This document shows, in pieces, positions 1 to 8,738 of a DNA stretch of 64,000 nucleotides; positions within the stretch are counted from its first letter, which is position 1; every line of letters starts with the position of its first letter. This DNA comes from Elusimicrobiota bacterium. GTDB lineage: Bacteria > Elusimicrobiota > Endomicrobiia > Endomicrobiales > JBDRNC01. Position numbers and translations under genes: made by a program. The DNA lies in contig JBDRNC010000038.1 in NCBI GenBank assembly GCA_043811535.1, positions 45,050 to 109,049 of the forward strand. Reading direction: 5' to 3'. The notes under the pieces were generated by a model. It was given only the letters and a program-made list of their open reading frames with translations. It was not told where the DNA came from and ran no database searches.

Positions 1-2
1 AT

Positions 3-83
3 TACCTCGGGGATGTTATTAAAGGCGCGAGTTCAACAACAGCAAAAAGTCTGCTGATTTTAGATATCGTGTATAAGTATTAA
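3..83 (+). CDS. 3' end of upstream gene, possibly an outer-membrane porin (partial)
   Basis: Open frame YLGDVIKGASSTTAKSLLILDIVYKY* ends in a terminal aromatic residue with alternating hydrophobic residues (beta-barrel-like); lies directly before pstS. Confidence 0.35.
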   Translation, partial: YLGDVIKGASSTTAKSLLILDIVYKY

Positions 84-136
84 TCCGCTATCAAAGAGCT
101 ATGTGGGAGCAAAAGAGGGATAGGAGGAAAGTACTC

Positions 137-991
137 ATGAAAAGTAAAGCGTTGACGTTTGTATTGATTACAGTATTAGGTATATCCGGTTGTGTCGGGC
201 AAAGGCAGGGCAATTCCATCACGATCAAAGGCTCGGATACCATGGTCATTTTGGGTCAAAGGTGGGCGGAAATATATATGAAGATAAATCCGGGCAATAT
301 CGTCCAGGTAACCGGTGGCGGTTCGGGCACCGGGATAGCGGCATTGATAAACGGCGGTACGGATATTTGCCAGGCCTCACGCCCGATAAAGGAAGAGGAA
401 ATTAAACTGGTCCTGGCAAAACGCGGCAAGGCGACCAGGGAAATACCCGTTGCTCAGGACGGTATAGCCATATATGTCAACGATCAGAATCCTCTTAAAA
501 GCCTGACCGTAGCTCAATTAAAGAAGATATATCAGGGGAAAATAAAGAATTGGACAGAACTCGGTTGGGATAATAAAGAGATAGTGATATACGGTAGAGA
601 GAATAATTCCGGTACATATATGTATTTCAAGGAACATGTGCTTGCGGGCGAAGATTTTGTAAGCAATGTCCAGTCATTGCCCGGGACAGCGGCTGTGGTC
701 AACGGCATTTCTAAAGACAAGTATTCGATCGGGTATGGCGGCATGGCCTATGCAAAGGGAATTAAAGAGGTATCTGTGAAGAAAGATGAGAATTCTCCCG
801 CGATGAAGCCGTCTATTGAAAATATAGTAGCGGGAACATATCCGATAAGCAGGAAACTGTTCTTTTATGTAGTAGGAGAACCCAAACCAAGTGTGAATGC
901 CTTTATTGACTGGGTTTTGAGCAGCGAGGGCCAGAAGATCTGTGAAGAAGTAGGGTATGTAGGAATAAAGCATGAAAAATCTAAAAAATAG
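137..991 (+). CDS. pstS: Phosphate ABC transporter substrate-binding lipoprotein
   Basis: KGSDTM, GGGSGTGI, GRENNSGT, YPISRKLFFY motifs; lipobox ISGC; AGGAGG RBS before ATG 137. Confidence 0.95.
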   Translation: MKSKALTFVLITVLGISGCVGQRQGNSITIKGSDTMVILGQRWAEIYMKINPGNIVQVTGGGSGTGIAALINGGTDICQASRPIKEEEIKLVLAKRGKATREIPVAQDGIAIYVNDQNPLKSLTVAQLKKIYQGKIKNWTELGWDNKEIVIYGRENNSGTYMYFKEHVLAGEDFVSNVQSLPGTAAVVNGISKDKYSIGYGGMAYAKGIKEVSVKKDENSPAMKPSIENIVAGTYPISRKLFFYVVGEPKPSVNAFIDWVLSSEGQKICEEVGYVGIKHEKSKK

Positions 992-1904
992 TTTCTTCGA
1001 AATCTGTATCAAATTAAGCGCTTTCACGGTTATAGGCACGCTTATACTTATATTCGTGTTTATTGCCAAGGAATCGCTGCCTATATTCTTGTCTCCGGAA
1101 CTGCATAAAGAGACTGGCCTGCTGAGGATGTTTCTGCCTCAGGATTACCATACAGGCGCGGGCATGGAATTTGTCTGGCAACCCATTTCAAATATACCAA
1201 AATATTCCATTATCGTGCTTTTACTGGGTACCCTGAAGGTTACTTTCGTGGCCATGTTTTTTGCGGTGCCGCTTTCAATTGCGGCCGCGATATATACAAG
1301 CGAGTTCGCTCCTGAAAGCATCCGCGAGTTCATCAAGCCTGTTATTGAGATATTGGCCGGGTTTCCTTCCGTAGTACTCGGCTTTTTTGCGTTGATGGTG
1401 CTTGCAAGCTGGCTACAGGGGCTGTTCGGGTGGACTTTCAGGCTGAATGCTATTACCGCCGGGATCGCAATGGGGCTGGCTGTAATCCCGATCATTTACA
1501 CAATTACCGAAGATTCGTTGAATGCGGTACCGAAGCTGTACAGGGACGGCGCGCTGGCTTTAGGCGCCGATAAGTGGCAGACCGCGTACAGGGTGGTACT
1601 GCCGGCGGCTTTTCCAGGGATATTTGCGGCCTGTGTACTCGGATTGGGAAGAGCCATAGGCGAAACAATGATAGTTCTTATGGCCAGTGGTAATGCGGCT
1701 ATCATGACGGGAGATCTGTTCCAGTCCTTGAGGACGCTCTCCGCTTCAATTGCGGCCGAACTCGCCGAAGTTGTGGTGGGAAGCACCCACTATAGCGTTC
1801 TTTTCTTTATAGGCACATTCCTGTTCATAGTGACATTTATAGTCAATTTGTTCGGATACTGGTTTGTCAACAGGTTAAAAGGGAAACTGGAGGGAAAGAT
1901 ATGA
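972..1904 (+). CDS. pstC: Phosphate ABC transporter permease
   Basis: LAGFPSVVLG and GRAIGETMIV motifs, multiple TM helices, operon position. Confidence 0.95.
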   Translation: MKNLKNSFFEICIKLSAFTVIGTLILIFVFIAKESLPIFLSPELHKETGLLRMFLPQDYHTGAGMEFVWQPISNIPKYSIIVLLLGTLKVTFVAMFFAVPLSIAAAIYTSEFAPESIREFIKPVIEILAGFPSVVLGFFALMVLASWLQGLFGWTFRLNAITAGIAMGLAVIPIIYTITEDSLNAVPKLYRDGALALGADKWQTAYRVVLPAAFPGIFAACVLGLGRAIGETMIVLMASGNAAIMTGDLFQSLRTLSASIAAELAEVVVGSTHYSVLFFIGTFLFIVTFIVNLFGYWFVNRLKGKLEGKI

Positions 1905-2779
1905 GGTTATTTCATTTCCTGACAGGGTTAGCATGCCTGATAATTGTGGTTATGGTCTTTATAATAATGGGGAACATCGTATATTTTGGTATAGGCAACA
2001 TTACATTGGATTTTCTTATTAAATCTCCGGAGTTGGGAATGACAGAAGGCGGTATATTCCCGGCCATATTCGGAACATTCGCGCTGGTTATGCTGATGAC
2101 AATTGTAGTCATCCCGCTGGGTGTATTTACTGCCGTCTATCTACACGAATATGCCCCCAAGAACTCTAAACTGCTTTACCTTGTCAGGCTTGCGCTTCAG
2201 AATCTTGCAGGGGTTCCATCGATAGTGTTCGGCCTGTTCGGCCTTGGTTTCTTTATTCAATTCGTAGGCCGCGGTATAGACAGCGCTTTTTACGGTGGTC
2301 AGCTATTCTTCGGCCAGCCGGCAATTGTTTGGGCGGCTTTAACTATGGCTTTGCTGACTCTGCCGACGGTTGTAGTGGCGACAGAGGAATCCTTAAGGGC
2401 TGTACCCGATTCATACAGGGAAGTTGCTTATTCACTTGGAGCCACGAAACTGCAAATGATCTTCAGGGTTGTTCTTCCAAATTCTGTAAGCGGTATTCTT
2501 ACCGGAGGGGTTCTTGCGATAAGCCGCGGCGCGGGCGAGGTAGCGCCTATTATGTTTACAGGTGCGGCTTACTTCCTGCCGTATCTTCCGACAAGGTTGA
2601 ATGACCAGTTCATGGAATTGGGGTACCATATTTACGTGATGGCAACGCAGTCGCCGGATGTTGAGGCTACAAAACCGATATTATACTCTACGGTTCTCGT
2701 GCTGCTGCTTTTAACATTTGCATTGAATTTTACGGCAATATTTATAAGGGCGAGGATTAGGTCGCGTGCCAGAGGATAG
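1901..2779 (+). CDS. pstA: Phosphate ABC transporter permease
   Basis: LAGVPSIVFGLFG and RGAGEVAPI motifs; ATGA overlap with pstC. Confidence 0.95.
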   Translation: MRLFHFLTGLACLIIVVMVFIIMGNIVYFGIGNITLDFLIKSPELGMTEGGIFPAIFGTFALVMLMTIVVIPLGVFTAVYLHEYAPKNSKLLYLVRLALQNLAGVPSIVFGLFGLGFFIQFVGRGIDSAFYGGQLFFGQPAIVWAALTMALLTLPTVVVATEESLRAVPDSYREVAYSLGATKLQMIFRVVLPNSVSGILTGGVLAISRGAGEVAPIMFTGAAYFLPYLPTRLNDQFMELGYHIYVMATQSPDVEATKPILYSTVLVLLLLTFALNFTAIFIRARIRSRARG

Positions 2780-2788
2780 AATATTAAT

Positions 2789-3550
2789 ATGGATGGCAAA
2801 ACAAAAATACAGGTAAAAGACTTCACTTTCAAATATTCAGGTATCACCGCCCTGAATAATCTTACGTTTGATATTTACAAGAATAAGATACTTTCAATAA
2901 TCGGCCCCGCAAAAAGCGGGAAAACGACTTTCTTGAGATGTCTTAACCGCTTGAATGACCTCAATATTGGCGGAAACGTTGAGGGTGAAATCCTGTTGGA
3001 CGGGAAAGATATTTATTCAAGAGATATGGATGTGTCAAATTTGCGCAAGAAGATGGGAATGGTGTTTGCCGTGCCAGTACCGTTACCCGGAACGATCCGA
3101 AACAATGTAGCATTGGGCCCGAAGCTGCACGGAATAGAAAGCCAGGCGAAGCTGGATGAGTTGATAGAGAAAAGCCTCAGGTCCGCGGTTTTGTGGGATG
3201 AGGTAAAGGACCGGCTTGACGAGCAGGTAAGGAATTTAAGCGGAGGACAGCAGCAGAGATTATGCCTCGCGCGGGTACTGGCGCTTGAACCGGAAGTGAT
3301 ACTGCTTGATGAGCCGTGTTCTGGGCTGGACCCGATTTCAACCGCTAAGATAGAAGAGGCGTTGGGTGTCCTTAAGAATAACCATACAGTAATTCTGGTT
3401 ACGAATAATGTTAACCAGGCGGCAAGGGCATCGGATTTGACCATGTTCTTCTTTATGGGGAAACTTGTTGAGTATAACAAGACCACGGAAATATTCACTA
3501 ATCCTAAGAATAAACAGACAGAAGATTATATTCAGGGAAAATTCGGATAG
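2789..3550 (+). CDS. pstB: Phosphate ABC transporter ATPase, copy 1 (degenerate Q-loop and H-loop)
   Basis: GPAKSGKTT, LSGGQQQRL, LLDEPCSGLDP, C-terminal EDYIQGKFG. Confidence 0.9.
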   Translation: MDGKTKIQVKDFTFKYSGITALNNLTFDIYKNKILSIIGPAKSGKTTFLRCLNRLNDLNIGGNVEGEILLDGKDIYSRDMDVSNLRKKMGMVFAVPVPLPGTIRNNVALGPKLHGIESQAKLDELIEKSLRSAVLWDEVKDRLDEQVRNLSGGQQQRLCLARVLALEPEVILLDEPCSGLDPISTAKIEEALGVLKNNHTVILVTNNVNQAARASDLTMFFFMGKLVEYNKTTEIFTNPKNKQTEDYIQGKFG

Positions 3551-3587
3551 ACGACCGTTACTATTTAATGAACAGGAGTATCCTTGG

Positions 3588-4340
3588 ATGAGTGCCATAA
3601 GAACTGAAAAACTGAACGCTTTCTACAAGAAATTTCACGCTCTTAAAGATGTGAACGTTGAAATTAATGAGAAGGCAATTACAAGCATAATTGGCCCGTC
3701 AGGTTGCGGGAAATCTACGCTGCTTCGTTGTTTCAACAGGATGAATGACACTATCAATGGTTTTACGGTAAATGGTAAAATATGTATCAGGGATAAGGAC
3801 ATATACGGAGATAAGGTCAGCCTTACGGATTTGCGGAAAAGAGTTGGAATGGTTTTCCAGAGGCCTAATCCGTTTCCGTTGACTGTATGGGAGAATATAG
3901 CTTTCGGAGAGCGCATACACAGATTGTCCGGGAAAGACGAGCTTGAAGGTATTGTCCGGAGGAGTCTTGAAGCTACCGGCTTATGGGAAGAGCTGAAAGA
4001 TAGGCTGCAGTCTCCGGCTTTAAGCCTGTCCTCTGAACAGCAACAGAGGCTTTGTATCTCAAGAGTTTTAACGGTTAAACCTGACATTATCCTCATGGAT
4101 GAACCCTGCTCGGCGCTCGATCCTATGGCTACTTCACATATTGAAGACCTTATGAGGGAATTGAAGCAGCATTATACGATTGTTATTGTAACGCACAACA
4201 TGCAGCAGGCCTCCCGGGTTTCAGATTATACTGCCTACATGTATTTAGGGGAAATGATTGAATCCGGACCTACCGATAAAATATTTACTGTGCCGAAAGA
4301 TAAGAAGACTGAAGATTATCTCACCGGTAAATTCGGTTAA
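3588..4340 (+). CDS. pstB: Phosphate ABC transporter ATPase, copy 2 (degenerate signature motif)
   Basis: GPSGCGKST, VFQRPNPF, MDEPCSALDP, VTHNMQQA, EDYLTGKFG; AGGAG RBS before ATG 3588. Confidence 0.92.
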   Translation: MSAIRTEKLNAFYKKFHALKDVNVEINEKAITSIIGPSGCGKSTLLRCFNRMNDTINGFTVNGKICIRDKDIYGDKVSLTDLRKRVGMVFQRPNPFPLTVWENIAFGERIHRLSGKDELEGIVRRSLEATGLWEELKDRLQSPALSLSSEQQQRLCISRVLTVKPDIILMDEPCSALDPMATSHIEDLMRELKQHYTIVIVTHNMQQASRVSDYTAYMYLGEMIESGPTDKIFTVPKDKKTEDYLTGKFG

Positions 4341-4370
4341 GGGAGTTGTTTGATATAATACAATTAATAA

Positions 4371-5045
4371 ATGGAGGCAGTTATGTTAGAAGAGAAATTA
4401 GTAAATCTGAAAAAGGAACTTGTTGAATATGCCGGACTGGTTGAGTCCATGGTGGACAAAAGCATTAAAGGGCTTTTGAACAGAGAAAAGAAGATATTGC
4501 GCGAAGTGATTGAGGTAGACGAGCCCAAAGCGAACGATTTTGAGATCAGGATGGATGAGCTTTGCACTAATCTCATAGCTCAATATCAACCCAAAGCCAA
4601 GAATCTCAGGCTAATCCTGATGGTACTGAGAATGTCCAATGATCTGGAAAGAATGGGCGATCACGCTGTAAATATCGTTGAAAGCGCCGAAATCCTGATT
4701 GAAAGGCCCCAGGTAAAGCCGCTTATCGATATTCCCAAGATGGGTGAACTCACTACGAAGATGCTCAAAGAAGGAATAAATTCCTTTATCAATGAGGACG
4801 CTTCTCTTGCCAAGTCCGTTTGCGTGATGGATGACGGCGTTGACGACCTTAAGGATAAAATTTTGAAGGAACTCACAGAACTGATGATCTCGGATCCTAC
4901 AACGATCGAGCGTTCTCTTCATTTGTTGAGAATCAGCGGGGATCTTGAAAGAATTGCAGACTTGTCAACCAATATCTGTGAAGACGTCATGTATCTGGTT
5001 CAGGGAAGGGTGATAAAACACCATAAGGATGAGGCAAACGCATAA
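4371..5045 (+). CDS. phoU: Phosphate signalling protein PhoU
   Basis: Two DLER(M/I)(G/A)D repeats; follows pstB. Confidence 0.95.
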   Translation: MEAVMLEEKLVNLKKELVEYAGLVESMVDKSIKGLLNREKKILREVIEVDEPKANDFEIRMDELCTNLIAQYQPKAKNLRLILMVLRMSNDLERMGDHAVNIVESAEILIERPQVKPLIDIPKMGELTTKMLKEGINSFINEDASLAKSVCVMDDGVDDLKDKILKELTELMISDPTTIERSLHLLRISGDLERIADLSTNICEDVMYLVQGRVIKHHKDEANA

Positions 5046-5071
5046 AAATGATTGGGTGAAAATTAGACCTG

Positions 5072-5254
5072 AAAATGCTATAATGATTTTAAGTTACCGT
5101 CGAGACAGGTTCGAATGGCGTTTACTAGGGGACCCTTCATTTGAGGAAAATGTTGAAATATCAATGTGAAACACAATTTAATGCAGGGACACCCCTAAGG
5201 GGACATGGTTTAGGTTTTAAGACGAAAACAACAGGTTCGAACCTGTTGTTTTTT
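5072..5254 (+). repeat. Cassette-boundary repeat, copy 1 (type B right arm, disrupted)
   Basis: AAAATGCTATAAT...CCGTCGAGACAGGTTCGAATGGCGTTTACTAGGGGACCC, then TTGAAATATCAA, ACCCCTAAGGGGACAT, and a perfect 28-bp palindrome at 5225-5252 centred on TTCGAA. Confidence 0.9.
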
Positions 5255-5300
5255 ATTAGATTAATTGGTACAGTTTTCATGAGGAGTACAACAGGAAGGG

Positions 5301-6656
5301 GTGTCGATGTTAAAAGCTTTTAAGATTACATTACTCATAATTACGGTAGTGGTTATATGCATAATATTTGCAGGCCGTAATAAGCTGATGCAATCGTTTA
5401 AAATGACTTTTACCTCGCCCGTTAAGATACGGGTGGCTTATTGGGGCGATAGTGAAGAGAAAAAAGTTATTCAGCGCACTGTCAGGGAGTGGGAGAAAAA
5501 TCATCCTGGCATAAAAATCAACCTTGAGCATATACCCGCCTATTACACCGAAAAGATACTCGGCGAGATAGCGGGTAATGTGCAGCCGGACATAATATTC
5601 TGCGAAGCGAATGTTTTTGTGACCTTCTTCTTTAAAGATGTTTTGCTTGATATGATGCCTTATATTGAAACGGATGCGGAGTTCCACTCTGACGACTATT
5701 TCCCAAAGATAATGCAGCGGTTTACCCGCGATGGCAGGATATATTGTATTCCTAGAGACGTGGCTCCATTCGCCTGCGTATTTTACAACAAGGATATGTT
5801 TAAAAAAGCGAACATTAAGATACCGGTTGACAGCTGGGGTATGAATGATTTTCTTAATGCGGCCATAAAAACTACTAAGGACTCTGCGGGAAAAAACCCG
5901 TCGGATCCCGGTTTTCAAGAAAGCAAGATAGTGCAATACGGGTTTTGGGGATGGACTTGGACCAATTTTGTCTATGCTTTCGGCGGAGGAGTAGTTAATG
6001 ACATTAATAATCCAACCCAGTGCGTACTTAACAGTAAGAGTTCTGTTAAGGGGTTGCAGTTCTATGTAGATCTGATGAATAAGTACAATGTGTCGCCAAA
6101 ACCTGATATCCTGTCCAATATGGGGGTCAGCTCAGTACAGTTATTTGCGATGGGTAAACTTGCAATGCTTCAATCGGGAATATGGGAAACTCCGGCGTTG
6201 CGCTCTTTGGTTAGCGATAAATTTGAATGGGACGTTGCGATGTTCCCGAAGGGCCCTGGCGGGAAAAGGTTGATAGATTCCGGAGGTTCCGGTTACGCCA
6301 TATTGAAAACTACAAAACACCCGAAAGAGTCATGGGAAGTTGTTAAGTGGCTTACGGGTGATAGGGGTCAGGAATTCCTTGCGGAATCTGGTCTTGCCCA
6401 ACCCGCAAATATCCGGTTGGCATCGGGCAGCATTTGGGTTGGGGATAATAAGAAGCCTAATAATAAAACAATGCTTAATGAAGCGGCAAAATATATGGTA
6501 TTTCAGCCGTTTCATCCGGCCTGGCGCGAAGTTGAGGTTAAACTTATACCCGAGATTATGCATAATGTGATGCGCGGCGATATGAGTGTCAAGGATGGGG
6601 CAGATCAATTGACTAAAAGGATAAATATGCGGCTGCATTACAAATCCGAAAAATAA
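5301..6656 (+). CDS. Sugar ABC transporter substrate-binding protein (orphan, N-terminal membrane anchor)
   Basis: IYCIPRD, VFYNKDMF, FAMGKLAM, WDVAMFPKGP motifs of carbohydrate SBP family 1. Confidence 0.85.
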   Translation: MSMLKAFKITLLIITVVVICIIFAGRNKLMQSFKMTFTSPVKIRVAYWGDSEEKKVIQRTVREWEKNHPGIKINLEHIPAYYTEKILGEIAGNVQPDIIFCEANVFVTFFFKDVLLDMMPYIETDAEFHSDDYFPKIMQRFTRDGRIYCIPRDVAPFACVFYNKDMFKKANIKIPVDSWGMNDFLNAAIKTTKDSAGKNPSDPGFQESKIVQYGFWGWTWTNFVYAFGGGVVNDINNPTQCVLNSKSSVKGLQFYVDLMNKYNVSPKPDILSNMGVSSVQLFAMGKLAMLQSGIWETPALRSLVSDKFEWDVAMFPKGPGGKRLIDSGGSGYAILKTTKHPKESWEVVKWLTGDRGQEFLAESGLAQPANIRLASGSIWVGDNKKPNNKTMLNEAAKYMVFQPFHPAWREVEVKLIPEIMHNVMRGDMSVKDGADQLTKRINMRLHYKSEK

Positions 6657-6767
6657 AATATTAGTATTTAAGAAATTATATTTGAATAGTATTGCGGTAT
6701 AAAGGTACGCTTCACGAGGGTAAACGAAATGCCAGCAAATCCCGCAAAAAATATTTTATTTTGCCTC

Positions 6768-6796
6768 TTGACAAATAAAAGGTTATGTGGTATAGT
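6768..6796 (+). promoter_or_regulatory. Sigma70 promoter of first LacI gene
   Basis: TTGACA-17-TATAGT. Confidence 0.7.
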
Positions 6797-6842
6797 ATTA
6801 CTGAAATATTAAGTAGCATAAATAATTAAGCAAAAGGTTAGT

Positions 6843-7856
6843 ATGCCTCCAAAAATAAGAATTAAGGACATTGCCAAGGAATTAGGGGTATCTTCTGCCG
6901 CTGTTTCTCTGGCGCTCAATAACAAATCCGGCGTCAGTTCAGATCTTAAGGCAAGAATAGTTAGTCATGCAGCAAAGTCCGGATATATTCAAAATGCAGG
7001 CTCATTGAAATCTGATTATGTCGCTGTTGTTTATGATATATCTGAAGGGCTTGTACCTCTGAACATTGAGATTACCCAGACACTGAAAAAGAACGGTTTC
7101 TTTGAGTTGCGCTACGCATTTTACAGCGATGAACTTCTGGATGATGAAAAGCAAAGGATATACTTCAATAAAATTACTGATGAGGATAGCGTAGCCGGAT
7201 TGATAATAGTGGCCTTGAACATTTCGGAATTACTTCTGAACAGGCTGTTAAACAAGAATATTCCCATAGTATTGGTGAATTGCAAAAGCAAGCACAACCT
7301 TGGAATAAACATAAATATCGACGATGAATTAGGCGGTTACCTGGCTGCGAAAAAATTGATCGAGTTAGGGCATAGAAATATAGGACTGATCCTTCCTGAC
7401 GTATCCTATGACAATGTGTGGAATGAGAGGAAGGCCGGATACAAGAACGCTTTGTTAGAGTCAGGCTTGAAATACAATATTGATTATTTAGAGCCCGAAA
7501 ATACGTTTACGGTTGAAGAGGCCGGTAAGGCGACGATGAATTTAGTCAGAAGGCATCCGGAATTAACAGCGATAATTTACGTAACTGACTTACAGGCTGT
7601 CGGTGGTATGCGGGCGATGAAACAAAACGGCATAAAGATACCCGATGACATCTCTGTCATAGGATTTGATAACTCGAAATACTGCGAATTAGTCACACCC
7701 ACGTTGAGCTCTGCCGAGTTGCATTTGAAGAAAATAGGCTCATTGGCGTCCGAGATGCTCCTGAAAGCCATGAGAGAGAATAACAAGCATAGTGAGAGCA
7801 TCATTATGAGGCCAGAGATAATACTGCGTGATTCTTGTAGGAGTTTAGTTAAGTAG
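6843..7856 (+). CDS. LacI-family regulator
   Basis: IKDIAKELGVSSAAVSLALN helix-turn-helix; IPDDISVIGFDN. Confidence 0.95.
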   Translation: MPPKIRIKDIAKELGVSSAAVSLALNNKSGVSSDLKARIVSHAAKSGYIQNAGSLKSDYVAVVYDISEGLVPLNIEITQTLKKNGFFELRYAFYSDELLDDEKQRIYFNKITDEDSVAGLIIVALNISELLLNRLLNKNIPIVLVNCKSKHNLGININIDDELGGYLAAKKLIELGHRNIGLILPDVSYDNVWNERKAGYKNALLESGLKYNIDYLEPENTFTVEEAGKATMNLVRRHPELTAIIYVTDLQAVGGMRAMKQNGIKIPDDISVIGFDNSKYCELVTPTLSSAELHLKKIGSLASEMLLKAMRENNKHSESIIMRPEIILRDSCRSLVK

Positions 7857-7985
7857 CATATATTTTTTGCTCATTAACTAAATAGTTAAGTAGTACAAAT
7901 AATTTACGAGGAGGTGGTTAGAGGCACATAGAGACGGCCATGCATCTTGAGTGCGCAAATTTTGATTTCAAAACGGGAGGATTGT

Positions 7986-8615
7986 ATGAAAAAGTTAATA
8001 GTTGGCTCAGTGTGTCTTGCGTTATTCGCGGCGTGCGCAAGTTATGGTTTCGCCGCTAGAAAAGTTTCAAAAAATGAGACACCGGCTTCCGGGGATTCTT
8101 CTCAGATGAAAACAGTATCAGCAAACACATTGTCAAATACAACTGTTTTCATTAATTTCGAGAAGGATACTGAAAGGTACGGTGTTTGGCAAAAGGATAT
8201 CAAAGATCCTTCCCAGGGCATCAAATACGAAATTGTATCCCCCGGGGTTGACGATAGAGGCAAGTGTGTTAAACTTACATATGACGTGGATTCTCCAAAC
8301 GAGGCATACTGCGGTTTCTGGATGACAATAAACGCGGACCTTCGGGAATACAAGAAGCTGGTTTTTTGGGCAAAAGGCGATAAATCAGCCGGCTTTACGT
8401 CAACGATAAAGACAGAGTTAAAGAACAATATGGAGTCCAGCGCCCCATATACGGATAAGATCACAAGTAGATGGACAAAAATTGAGATACCTTTAGAGGA
8501 TTTCAATACCATAACTGACTGGTCGAAAATGATACAGTTTGTTGTGACTTTCGATTCCCAGGTTACTCAAAAAACAGGTGTGATTTACCTTGACAACATA
8601 GGGTTTGAGAAATAG
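7986..8615 (+). CDS. Secreted CBM11/CIA30-like galactose-binding-domain protein
   Basis: Signal peptide; LVFWAKGD, WTKIEIPLEDF, GVIYLDNIGF pattern. Confidence 0.7.
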   Translation: MKKLIVGSVCLALFAACASYGFAARKVSKNETPASGDSSQMKTVSANTLSNTTVFINFEKDTERYGVWQKDIKDPSQGIKYEIVSPGVDDRGKCVKLTYDVDSPNEAYCGFWMTINADLREYKKLVFWAKGDKSAGFTSTIKTELKNNMESSAPYTDKITSRWTKIEIPLEDFNTITDWSKMIQFVVTFDSQVTQKTGVIYLDNIGFEK

Positions 8616-8738
8616 CAGGAAGCGTATGTCTTAACTGATAACATCGGTCCGGGGCGGTATATTTAGGCAACTCCGGGCCGGTGTTGTTAGCTGAATAAGG
8701 TTGTAACTGGGGAATCTATACTTTACAGGGGCATATAA

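Noticed and set aside
5085..5140. Repeat as a real tRNA or tmRNA gene
   Set aside because: Only a T-loop/3'-end-like fragment is present; the T-stem cannot close and there is no D arm, anticodon arm or CCA end.
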